Origin: Glycera tridactyla
Taxonomy: Eukaryota
Direction: 5' to 3'
Assembly: GCA_965644265.1 (NCBI GenBank)
Contig: OZ286474.1
Location: 78,058,001 to 78,122,000 of the forward strand
Length of the DNA stretch: 64,000 nucleotides
This document shows positions 28,901-40,952 of the stretch, in pieces; position 1 is the first letter of the stretch, and every line of letters begins with the position of its first letter. The notes under the pieces were generated by a model. That model saw only the letters and a program-made list of their open reading frames with translations, searched no databases and had not been told where the DNA came from. The position numbers were made by a program, and so were the translations under genes.

Positions 28901-29514
28901 ACTCGTCCGTTCACAATACATGTATTTGATTGTACCAGAAAGTTGATAAGTGATGTACCTTGATCATTCACCATTTCATCTATTACCACTCTTTCTGGTA
29001 TATCATCAACTCCGTCCAGGTAATCGAGTTTTTTCCCCACCCTGGCATTGAAATCCCCACCCACCACCGTGAGGTCATCTTCTTCACATGCATACAGAGC
29101 TGTTGTCAAATACTCAAAGACACCCTCAGAACCTGTAGCGTGAACGCTATTCTCCGGAGGGAGATAGACTCCCATTACTGAGATGGTTTGGTATGACTGC
29201 TTGTTTGTGAAATGAATACGTATTATACCCTCAATGTCATCGTCAACTCTGCTGATCAGGTACTCATTATACACTCTTTTGTGAACCAAAATTGCTACTC
29301 CCCCTGATCCTCTAGCACTTTTTCTGTTGTTAGATTTCCTGCAGTGGATAAACGTATGATACATATCAACAACAATAGATTCATTGGGTTTCGTCCAGGT
29401 TTCACAGATAATATAGACATCAGCATCGTAATGATGCAACACCCTCTCTTTGAAGCATTCATTCGCTCCCCTCCAGCCATTTGAGTTCCATGTGCAAATT
29501 GTCAGATTCGTCAT
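25963..29514 (-). pseudogene. LINE ORF2 (APE endonuclease - reverse transcriptase - Cys/His domain), frameshifted
   Basis: ORF 29514-26977 has APE motifs WNSNG, ICETW, GGVAIL, YLPP, GDFNAR, VVDY and RT motifs KASGIDG, YRGISLL, QNGFR, FIDFSKAFD, GVRQGDSLSPLLF, LLYADD. It continues in ORF 27070-25985 (YKYLG...CQIC...HFLLHC) after a 1-bp indel in the G6 run at 26993-26998. A probable second shift near 26035 gives the end LVKITAYHISKMMDRRKALMYN* at 25963. Confidence 0.92.
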
Positions 29515-29535
29515 GCTAGGTGAATCAGGAAACCC

Positions 29536-29946
29536 CTAATAGTTACTGGAGCGTAGGCTATTCTTTCTACTATCATGCTGCGGTGAGTGTCTTCCTCTCT
29601 CAGATCGACTTGGTTGGCGCCCGGAGCGGCCTCTTCCTTGGCCTCTACGTTCAACTTCGTTCCACGGTTGGTAGTCATCGCGGTCGAATCCGGTGTCTTC
29701 ATCGTCTGTTCGGTTCTGCTCATGCTGGCTTCGGTTAGGTCCGTCTTGTTTACCTCCACTGTCTCTCCTATTATCGCTCACTTCGAGATTACGTGTTCCT
29801 GATCCGGGCCTGCCTCCTTCATCCACCGCCCCGGTGTCGCGCCTATCGTGACTGCGATTATTTCGTTTCTCCAAGTCTGATTTTGCGAGGATGACTCCAT
29901 TTGCTGTGACTATAAGGCGTTTCTCACTATCTACCAGTTTCAGCAC
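29536..29946 (-). CDS. C-terminal fragment of LINE ORF1 (R/G/D-rich, 5'-truncated)
   Basis: 136-aa open frame ending about 20 bp upstream of the ORF2 ATG in the same orientation. Basic, low-complexity tail as in LINE ORF1 proteins. It starts abruptly at the (CTA)n array. Confidence 0.65.
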   Translation of the reverse strand: MLKLVDSEKRLIVTANGVILAKSDLEKRNNRSHDRRDTGAVDEGGRPGSGTRNLEVSDNRRDSGGKQDGPNRSQHEQNRTDDEDTGFDRDDYQPWNEVERRGQGRGRSGRQPSRSERGRHSPQHDSRKNSLRSSNY

Positions 29947-29980
<34 letters not shown>

Positions 29981-30007
29981 TCAGTTGTAGCAACATCAGT
30001 AGTAGAA

Positions 30008-30059
<52 letters not shown>

Positions 30060-30440
30060 TATGATAGTGGTAGCAGTGGTAGTAGTGGTAGTGGTGTTAG
30101 TAGTAGTAGTACTAGTAGTAATACCAGTAGCAGTAGTGATAATGGTGGAAGTGATGGTAGTGGTAGAGGTAGCATCTGAACTCAAATTAGGAGCAGTGGT
30201 ATCAATAGTGGTTGTAGCACTCGTAGTAATACCATTGGATGTTGTAGCAGTGCTGGTGTTAGCAGGAGTGGTTGAAGTAGCATTTAAATCGTTAAAATAA
30301 TGGTGGAACCATCCTCGATAGTTTTTATGGTGGTGGTGGTCGAGGAAGTAGTGATTGTTGTATCGGTTGTAGTGTGAGTAGCAGTGGTGGTGGTGATGAT
30401 TCTTGTGTGATGCAATCGCATTGATTGCAGTATTTTGGTA
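29947..30440. repeat. (GTA)n microsatellite core (29947-30060) with degenerate triplet flank
   Basis: Directly visible; abuts the LINE 5' truncation point. Confidence 0.95.
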
Positions 30441-31941
30441 GTAGGGACCATACGCTTGATGATACCACTAATTGTACATAAGTACTTTCCCTATACTAAA
30501 TAATATTGCTACAGCTGGTCCGGGTACTCTTATGATGCCAATGTAGTCTATGATAAGTAGATGCACTGCTTTCATAACACATTGCCATCTCATAGAAGGC
30601 CTGGCTGAGGTTTGTGAAAGGCAAATAGTGGGTCATTGTTCTGACGTCGGTGTGACGTGGGTATTGTTTACACAGTGGGCAGCTTGCCGTCTTTTATGTA
30701 AATCATGCCGACTAACAGATGGCCATAAGACGCCTGACGTGCGTCCTCTACTAGTTGCCCTGCTGGCCTAATCAACTGACAGCTAGCACCACCATTCACA
30801 CCCCACATGCGAGCACCCATTCATATCATTTATCATCTATGAACCTAGAACAAATTACAATGAGCGTGCTTAACAAAATATTGAGAGCTTCACAATATTC
30901 ATCAAATACTAGCTGTATCTACAACATAGTATTTGATGCTCCAAGATTTGACGTGAGTAAATCGATTCTTGGATGAAGATGGATGTGTGAATAGGGAGGT
31001 CGGTGAGCAGGCAGCGTGCTGACGGGTAGTATGAGGCTATCAAGTATGCTAAATACTCTGGCCTGTTGCTTCCCATCATGATGTGAGACTCACTTTTCTT
31101 CTTCAACGTCATTTATTCTTGAAGCAGAGTTCACTGACTCACACTCCCCCTCCAATCACAATAATAGTTTGGCTATGCGATACATGATATGCGCTATGAT
31201 TAACATTATTGGTGATATCTTGTGCTTTTTTCTCAAATGTTGTATCCACAAACACTCTCAACAACTAATTTTGAACGTCTCTCATTCAAATTACAATAAA
31301 ATTCACAATGCACGTGCCACTAGATATTTTCTCCAATGATCGACAGTGCCCTTTACACATATCGGAAATCTGAAAATATGAGTATTATTTCTATCATATA
31401 AACATAATTTTTTTTTGCTATGCTGTCGTGAATCACTCCCCAAAAAAACATTTTATATTTTTGATGCCAAAAATTGATTGTTTTGATGAATTGAGTTTCT
31501 TTGGTTATTATTGATGCTAATATTGGTGATAACAATGATGATATCGATCAATGTGATTGTATTGGAAATTATCGAGAGCATGACAAGTGAGCTGAAGTTT
31601 GTCGAGGACGTTATCTATATCATTGGTAACGATGAGAACAACGATTATATTAGTATTTATAACAATAATACCATCGATATCAATGACGCTAATGATTATT
31701 TCCATAATGTTGATAATGCCAATAATGATATCAAGAGGAATTTCTGCTGAAATAACTCATACCACTTGAATCACACTAGATGAAGTCCTAGATATTGTGG
31801 ATCACGACGACGGATATGTTTCATCGTGAACAAGCTTGCATGTGGATATATTGAAATTCAGATCTGAAAATCTATCTCTGAAGGATTCTTTCCTGAATGT
31901 CCGTGAATACTCGTGGAAATTATAGCTGAACGATTGTGGGT

Positions 31942-31996
31942 GTGTCTGTGACTGTGTCTGTGTCTGTGCCTGTGTCTGTGTCTGTGTCTGTGTCTG
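31942..31996. repeat. (TGTGTC)n microsatellite
   Basis: Directly visible. Confidence 0.9.
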
Positions 31997-32091
31997 AATT
32001 TCACTTCTCAAGTCCGAGCAGATCCGTTTCCTTCCACGAGTCAGTACTTCATTGAGTAATGTCCAAGCTAGAATAAAGGAAGGGTCTCGGT

Positions 32092-32134
32092 ACACATTGG
32101 TTTATGACGTCACACATTGGTTTATGACGTCACA
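32092..32134. repeat. 20-bp tandem duplication ACACATTGGTTTATGACGTC
   Basis: Two exact copies plus ACA. Confidence 0.9.
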
Positions 32135-35100
32135 TAGCACATGGAGTAGAGCGGACTAATCAATCTCATGTCGTAGTTCGTATCAGAGGTAGAGGTACTT
32201 ATATAGTCTTGAATAACGGGAGGTTACAGACATTACATCTCTGCTCATCTATTTTTCAGGGACTGGCCATAGCATTCATTGGCACAAGTGAAATATATGG
32301 GATGAATCCATAATATGTGGAATGTCTGTGTGTATTCCCGAGATGCCCGGCTATCAAGGGTGAATAATGAGCGAGCACCTCGCAACCCCGCTCCAGTCGG
32401 CAATTCGTGATAGTGGCAATAATACTCAGTCTAGCGGTATGTGTTGATAGTCGCCTTTATCCGGGCACCTAAGGTGCATATTTAGTCCTATTCACCTGCC
32501 ACATATGACCCCGTATTCATCTGGTGTCAGCGACCGTCAACTAACTGGATATACAAGGTTTTTTCTGTTCCAGTGATGTGATATGTCACCATTTTCCATG
32601 GTCATCTGTTGTCCAGCGGGGCTGCCAACCTTGACATATCTATTCGTTATGCTCGTATCATTCATACAATAATATTGGCAATGTGTATCTCATGACTCCG
32701 TGGCTCACAAAATTTATGTATGTGCACGCAATTATGAAGAACACCAATCTTAACGACAGCCATTTCGAACCTATAGATGTCAGCCATTCACCGAAAAGCT
32801 CCCCACATAAATAAGTTATCATACATGAGACCTCAGCACTTCCAACTCATCTTCCACGATTCTATCGAATATTCCCTTCAGCTGCTGAACTTATAAAGAG
32901 TGTAACTATACTCCTAATTCAATGTGGATCTTGCATTGGAATTCTCAAAAATGTCATTTACATCAAATGCCAGTGTGTTATCTGATCTGTCGCCGGCGGA
33001 GTTATGTAATCAAACATCCACCGAATGGGATAAGTCATAGATATTCACACAAGATACACATCATATAGGGCAGACTTCTTCAATTAGAAATGAATATTGG
33101 ATTATGAAGACATTCGGTCTTCTCTGAATCAGGTTGAAGGATGAGTATATCCGATTCAGAATAGAAAAGGTGGATTTCGTGCGTGATTTCGGGTGAGGGT
33201 CTTGTTTCAAAAGGTTGTCACAAGGTCCTTCTCAATGTAGAATATACTCATCCGCTTCGTCCGTGTTCGTCGTCCAAATCCGAAATGAACACGTCCAATT
33301 CCGAGAAATAGACAGACCTCTAGCATGGTGAAGTCGAGTACTGGAGCCGGATGATTTCGAGCTTGATTAATTCGCCGATAGATGGCAGTGTATGATGTTG
33401 TGGAGGCGATAGATGGCGCTGTATGAAGTCGCAGATTCGAGCATGTATGAAAGGCAGGAGAGGGAAATTAACCACATGATAATCTAACCTGCTTAGATGA
33501 ATAGACCATTGATGTGTAGCTCTGGAACAATCCGTGTTACTTCCAATAGGTCATATGGCAGAGAATTGGACGCCAATTGAACATGGACATTGCATTAGTG
33601 AAACAATTATCAACACTTATTTCGCTCTGAATAGCAACATGGTTGAGGTGTACATTCGATGACGACGTGATCAAACGTCAATCCGGAGGATACCATCGGT
33701 CGTAATCAGCATTTGAGTCAGTTTATTGATTTTGCGATAATTATTGTTGAAATGTGAAACCTCAGATGAGTAGGTTGAAAGTTGCATTCGATTTCATAAC
33801 CTATGTTCGCATGACAAGAGACTTGTATATGAACGTATTTCTCATATATTTCGGTTGAATATAGAAAAATTATGAATTCTAGGAAACATATTTACCGGCT
33901 TGATCATGATATCTCCCTTCAGTACCACTGGATACTAACAATCCACTATCATACTCTGCCAGCCGGGGCCCGGGCCCGTTTTACTAAGAATTCGGTGCAC
34001 TTTTCAATAGGTGCTCTCACTGGTGCTCTAACTAGAAGCACTGGCAATTTTGTAAGTGCAGTGCCCTCCTTGCATTTCACTCGAGGTGCTCTCACGAGAT
34101 ACACGACATGGAATGGCATGATAAAATGTGATGTTTATGTCCAGTAACCTGTTCGAACTGCTCCACCTTGTGGTTGAATAAAAACAGGCAACCACCATAT
34201 AAGCGGGATACATACTGTTAGATGATGGTAATTAGCATCCCCTCGTATACAAATATCATCATCATCATCGTGTCGCCTATTATCATTCGTCCTTTATACG
34301 AATTCAAATGCACATCCGACGGCATATCCATCCGCACACATTATCATCAGTATTATAATTGCTGTAATCTGACGAACGGATCATGTCGAATCAAGGCTCA
34401 CATAGCTTTTGTGTGAATCAGGCCATATTCTATTCGAGAATCTCCAAAATTGGTGAACCGATTCATGGTTGAATGTTGGAAAAAAAAATGCATAGAATCC
34501 ATAAAAAAACTTCTTGCCACCAAAATCTGATTGTTCAAATCTTACGTTTCCAATTGTGAGCATTTGTCACAAGTTTATATTTGTTTGAAGTGACTGAACA
34601 TTTGAGAACATTATTTTCCGACCATTTGTTCACAGGTGAAATGTTCGACTGTTTTTACTGATAGATCAAATTTTGATGGGGCGCGGCCTTAAACCTGTGA
34701 TTTACATATTTGTGTAAGCTGTGGAGCGGCATCGTTGTGGAAGCTTTAGTATCACTTATTATGGCAACTTCACTAGCCTACGATTAATGTTTTCAGATCC
34801 CAAAAACTGCACTTACCATCAAACCATAGCATGATAACAATGATACAAAAACAAATGTGCTCAATAACACTGTGATAGCACTGGAAACAAATGATTGACA
34901 ATATTTTGATTGAACTGGCTGTTCAACTCTAGGATGAAATAATTATATAGGAGTTAAGGGAATGGACTCGACCTGGAGAAGAGGCAGGCATGTGACCACG
35001 TCTTCCGCGAAGATGAGCACTGATCTTATAGGCAATTCAAATTTAATTAACACCTCTCTATTGTTCACAAGCATCATCTATCAAAATTCTAGTTAAATTA

Positions 35101-38100
35101 ACATTTGTTACCTATTCGAAATTAGGATGGATGTCTGCAATTACGGTCGTTTACCTCGACTAATTTCAAAGTGACTTATGAAGTCTGCCAAATTCAAACC
35201 TGAGAGTACACTTCAGCGATTTTCCCCAAACGCTTCCGAAATGTACCGCTCATATCGCAATGTGCTGTGAGGAAAGTGAATCGAAATGAAACATTTCATT
35301 TTGCTCCGTCCGAACACAACAATAATTGCTAAATGCACGGAGCTTTCCAGCTACAGATGAAAATGCTCAAGTCTAAATTAACACCGTATATTCACAATAG
35401 GGGGCTGAGCGGATGGTTTATATAATTTGGTGACCCATCGATTCAACCAGTTATGACTGCTGATGTTGGATATACGGCTTATTAATGCAATGCCAAGAAA
35501 GCATATCCACCCAAAAATATGCTGTCTCTATCAAACCTGGTTCATTAAGAGCCATTCATACTATTGCCACTCGTATAAGTGGATCATGGTGCAGGTGTCG
35601 GACAAATATATGCGTTTGGATTCGGCATTCTTCAAGGACAACATTTGTGGGCTGTGTTTATGAGACTACCTATAGGACAGTGACGGATTCTGGGCCACGT
35701 GGGAGGCACATGACACCGTTGGCATTGTGTATTTATTGCCTGTCTCCGTCAAGATGTCTCGGCGGACTTTAATAGAGACTCCAATTTGCATTTCAGATCA
35801 CTACATTACCGGTGCAATATTAATGGACATGAGGATCCTTGTATACCATACGACCAGATCGTGACGTCATCCTCAGCAACCCGTCTCCACCACACACACT
35901 CCTCATAGCCAAGGTGAGTATTATCTAAACTCTGTCAAATCCACATGTGGTGAGTACGTTTCACCACTGTTCGTCTGATCTGAGTTTTAATTGTATGGAT
36001 GTATTGCATAGACTTTCCGGCAATTACTGAACCTGATTTCAGGCAATCTACATGTTTTTGAGAGGATATGCAATCATTTTATCACACTTTTTTTGAAGAA
36101 ACCACCGGCATCATCAGCGAATATTTGTATGTGGGACAGTGGAGATACAGCCGCCGCTTTCGCGGCCCTCGCGAAACCAGCGTGAAATCGACATATTCGG
36201 AGCTTCAAGGAGAAATATACAAGGGAACCTCAACAACATCACATTCCTAGTCGCCGGAGATGTAGACATAGTCTGTCATTGAGTCACAATCCAATCGGTT
36301 GCGAATTTGTGATGCTTGAGTGAAAAAGTTACTCACCACGATTGAATTTGACAGACTGCCGACATCCTAACTACAGTCGTCTCGCTCTCTATTGTTGCAC
36401 ATTTGCATGCTGATACTTCATCGGAATGTGCACCCAAGCGTGAAGGATGAATGTCACAACTCCGGCTGGATATTGCCGCTCACATACCTCCTCGAATTCC
36501 ACCAATCCCGGATTGGTTTATTGCCATGATGCAACAGTTAAATGTGCGACGCTCTCAGTTGACCTTTGACCTCGATTATGACTTCATGACGCATCCTCCA
36601 TGTGACAGCGCCGACATGCACGCGTCGTATAAACAAACCTCAACAAACTCATTGGGATTTCGTGGTGGATTCGACTATTCATTGTGTCGAAAGAAGTTAT
36701 CCGTGTTAGATTCTTTCTTCGTCAATAACAACATTTAATAATGTTCCTGAATAAACATTAACATAGCTACTCCGAGAGAATAACTCGCAGAGACAGGGAT
36801 ACAAAAAAAAAGGGAACTGATTGTCTGATGTATGTAGGATACTCTATAGATTGGTATTCTCTCATTAGGTCTAATCTGTATGTTCTAGGCCACTGGCAGT
36901 CTGTTTGTGTGTTCCCGTTTAACGTCCTTTATAAGATTTGGTTGATATCGGACTGAAAAACTTAAAATGCGGACGAACTGAGGCACTACTGCCGAGAGCA
37001 ATTTCCTACTCTCTGCGAAGGACAATAGTGGTACTTCTACGTGAAAACGGGATTCGACATGCACTGTGACAGCGGTAGTAGAAACCCGGTGAAGGGGGTG
37101 ACAGGTAACATGTAATACTCAATTTCATCATTGAGTTTTGCTGTACAGAACTCACATATAGACATATAACACCAATAACTGTGTAATCTGACATCCTCCT
37201 CCTCTTCAGGTTGCTCAGGATCATAATTTCCGTTACAATTATCACCTTCTACAAATGCAATGAACCACAATACAATGAACATATAACGTTCACCACGACA
37301 GATGCAATATTGCCACCCATGTTGCGATAAAAATGTAAGCGATTAAAATCGGAACATTTCGAAATTCGCGAGTCAAAAATTCGGTATTCAAGCGGAGTAG
37401 GCTTCTTATTCACTCAGAATCCTCGCTGTGTTCTATCGAGTGAACGTGTGGCAATTTCTTCGACGTCGCCATGACGCTGCCTGAGATGCGGGATGAGGAT
37501 GGCGTGTATAGCGGTCATAGCATCTTGAGAATGGCCTTCATTAGAGATGCTATCATCTTGACTCTTATCACCCAGCAGGCTCCCGTGTGGCGTGTGCACC
37601 CACCATTCCCACAAAAGCCAATATAGTTTACGGTGGGCTTTTATTGGCCCAGTTTCACGCCATTTGTCTTGTGCCAGATCTGTTTTATCTCACCCTGGTT
37701 GCCGCCCGTTCTTCTCCATTTGCCCGATTTAGACCCTTGTTGAGCCCAAACCCCTTTCACTCTTTCCATATATCTTTTCTTTCTGTCTTTTCTGGCCCTA
37801 CCCCCCCCCCCTTCCTCATCCTTTCAATCTCTCCTATTCATTCCCTCGCTCCTCTTCTCCTGATTTCCTCTCTCTATCCTTCCTTATCTCCTCACCACTC
37901 TCTCTTCAGATCTATCTCTTTCTTATACATAACCAATGTGCTCAATTATGCGCCGTTGACTTCGAGCCAACTTCAAAATGACGGTTGCTTCATGTTTGCA
38001 ATTCAATCCCATCAGACTTCAAAGTAGCTCTTGGAAGAACATCTATTTCCAAGGTTCACCCCCTTCAAACTCATCTTGAACAAATCTATCCTATAGATTG

Positions 38101-40670
38101 CAGTCATTGAATTATTACAGCCTTTAAGATCATTATTGTACACAGAAAACGAGTGATGACGCTGTGTAATAGAGATCATGAATGCAGATGACGAGAATGA
38201 TACCTTGCATTCCTATGGAATCCATAACTCTTCACCTCTCGTTGTGAGTTCATTACATGGGTATATCAATACGAGGGGTGTATAATTACCAAACAAGCAA
38301 CCACGAAATATGGATGCAGACTTGCAATACGTAAAGCACAATATCAAAAAAACAAGAGTTTCATTCGAATAGTAATAATGTATGGATGGATACAGTACGA
38401 TATATTCTGCCAGAGGTGAGTGTCTCACTAAGCTAAGAAATACAACACGAGCCTATTCATGGTGAATATTGGAGTCACTCAAGGGATGCGTTTCAAGATT
38501 CATTATGTTCTATCTGGTAGTTGCAATATACTGAGGGTAACAGCTTTCAGAAAGATCTCAATGAAGGGCTTTGTTCACGATGACATCTACTCACATATCA
38601 GATCCAGAGGCTTATATGTCGACTCCACGCTGATTTCATGTCGGGGTAGTGTCCCCTGTGTTTGATGGAGGTCATTTTGGCCTAATGCACAATAGGCATC
38701 TTTCACTAAGGCGTCTCGAAGGGGTTGCCTTATCTCTATTTCAACCTTCATGAGACCCGACCTGGACATATTTAGTATGGAATCACTTTGAAGCTGATCC
38801 TGAAACTGGTATGATGATTGTCCTTCGTGGTTATCTCTTGATATGATCCCGTAACTGGATCGAAATGTACTCAATAAGAGACGTGAGTGGGGATCACCCC
38901 ATCTTCAATTTCGGGTACCACGGCGCCCTTACATCGATTGCAGTTGCCTGTGTGCAGTAGTAATGAAACCAAAGGTGCCAACTCAAAAGTTTCTAATATA
39001 TTGCTGGGAGATGCGGAGGAGGCAGATCCCTCTAGGGCAAACCACCCGGGAGATGCAGGTGTTAAAAGGTGTCTTGGGATGTGTATGGTTGAATGGGAGC
39101 GCTGGCTGGCGGTAATGGCCAATCGAGTGCATTGTCTTTCATTCAATCACGGCGCTAACAGATTGTCTAGAAGAGTTAGAAAGCTTAGAGCCTCTCCTAA
39201 TGAGCTATTCACCACCTGCAAATCACTTACCTCTTTAAATAAAAGACGCGCCTAATGACTAGACCACAATCGATGGCAACAACGACGGCCAGGACTTCAG
39301 ATATAGCCAACACCAACCCTGCGACGGACTCCATGTTGGATTTCTGTCCACCAGCAAATAGATGTGTGAACATGTGAACACTAGATTTCCATGGCGAGCA
39401 TGATGACAACGATTATGTTGATAATNNNNNNNNNNNNNNNNNNNNNNNNNNNNNNNNNNNNNNNNNNNNNNNNNNNNNNNNNNNNNNNNNNNNNNNNNNN
39501 NNNNNNNNNNNNNNNNNNNNNNNNNNNNNNNNNNNNNNNNNNNNNNNNNNNNNNNNNNNNNNNNNNNNNNNNNNNNNNNNNNNCTGAAGAAGTGCAAGCT
39601 TGAGTCAAGTGTAGTGGAGAGGCAATCTCTCTGGTGGCTCCCTAGGTGCCCGGGTAAGCTTGACAAGGGGGCTGACAAGCTGTCATATTTGTATGCATTA
39701 TAGACGAGTTGATCGCATTATTTGTCATGCCGATTTCAGGCGCATACACGCCAGTCAGCTGCTGCCAGCTCCGCCCAACCGCACCAATACATCTCACCAA
39801 TCAACCAACACACACTGACCAAATACCGCTTTGCTGTCTTGACTCCTACATAACCTAAGTTCAATGAAAAGATCCCCCTCTCGGCCTAGGATATTATCCA
39901 TTCGATCTGTTGTTTCAGTATCCTTCACTTGGAGACTAAGAAGCTCTTTCCCATGGATTGAATCTACCCTGTTATATATTCACGACAATTACTAGGCTTG
40001 TGACTGGGAAAGTACACTGATTGATCAGAGCTGTGTCCTCTCATCTCGCTCGTACACTGATTAATATTGTTGAAACGTCGATGATAGACAGATAAATAGA
40101 CAGACAGACATACAGGTAGGTGGATGAATGGATGGATAGCTAGCTAGCAAAAAGCCACTGCAGCAGCATCGGTGGTACCACAACCATCACTATCGACAAT
40201 GACGATATTGAGACACCCACCACTTTCGCCGTCTCTGATATCACCACTACCTCCACTAACATCCAACGCAAAACCACCAAAAGCACTACCACAACCAAAG
40301 GTATGATGTTTACCATCACCAACACAACTATGATCACCATAATTACCACCATCACCACCACCACCGCCACCGCCACCAATTCCACGGCCATATGCAATTT
40401 CGCTACTACCATTACTACATCAACTGCCTCATTAGATACATCACCATGAATAGCATCTCCACCATTAAATCCATCTTCATCATCACCAGCATCACTACCA
40501 TCACTTTGCCAAAGCCGAAATTACATGAACAGCTTGCCTCAACAGAGCAAGATCAACTGCGATTGCACTGATGTTAGCACTATGTTTGAATGACAGCTTA
40601 TTCGAATTTCGAATTTTACTAATGTTTTGTGTGGAACAAACAGGTCCGTGCATCTGAGATTAGGCTAGGG

Positions 40671-40920
40671 TGTGTAGGCAGTACGCGAGTGCCTATGGCT
40701 CAGTGATATTTGCGAGCGTGTATGTGTATTCTATTTGGTGGAGTGTAATTGTTTGGTGGCGAGCTGGTCCCAGGGGTCAAGCATCTGTCCACGTGAATCA
40801 CTGGCCACATTTACTTGGCTGGTGTCGTTACTCATGCGATTTACTCCGTGTTGACTGCTGGCTCACCCTCATCTCGACATGCTTAAACTTGGCACAACTC
40901 CCCTACCCCTCCCCTCACCA
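40671..40920 (+). repeat. LTR-like segment (~250 bp) upstream of pol, different from the 3' LTR
   Basis: TG...CA ends. It shares only the terminal TAAAC(T)TGGC.CAA(C)TCCCCT...CACCA motif with the 3' LTR. Its last 109 bp (40812-40920) recur at 45441-45550 and 45641-45750. Confidence 0.5.
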
Positions 40921-40952
40921 AAAGCGAGACGATCTTTTGGCAAACTGGACAA

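Larger units (their letters stand above)
25464..29946 (-). mobile_element. 5'-truncated non-LTR retrotransposon (LINE, APE-type, RTEX-like), ORF1 tail + ORF2 + 3' UTR
   Basis: ORF1 C-terminal fragment, ORF2 with APE and RT motifs, ~480-bp 3' UTR ending in AATAAA (minus strand, 25500-25505) and (ACTGTTTT)x3-4, followed by (CTA)n. The RTEX clade call is inferred from the C-terminal KLRTF...IETGR...ERVCQIC...VEDEMHFLLHC pattern and needs an RT phylogeny. Confidence 0.93.

Noticed and set aside
29940-30300. Thr-rich (mucin-like) minus-strand ORF and Val-rich plus-strand ORF
   Set aside because: Direct translations of a degenerate (ACT)n array; such frames stay open by chance. No splice or start context.
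34676-34693. GGGGCGCGGCCTTAA, resembling a TTAA-target (Kolobok/piggyBac-like) transposon end
   Set aside because: No matching opposite terminus found in the window.
35797-35913. 117-nt exon-like segment with TTTCAG acceptor and AAG|GTGAGT donor
   Set aside because: Stop codons in all three frames. It could be a non-coding exon but cannot be supported without RNA data.
37153-37250. Possible minus-strand exon (EGDNCNGNYDPEQPEEEEDVRLHSYWCYMSI)
   Set aside because: Plausible splice dinucleotides, but no recognisable domain and no partner exons.
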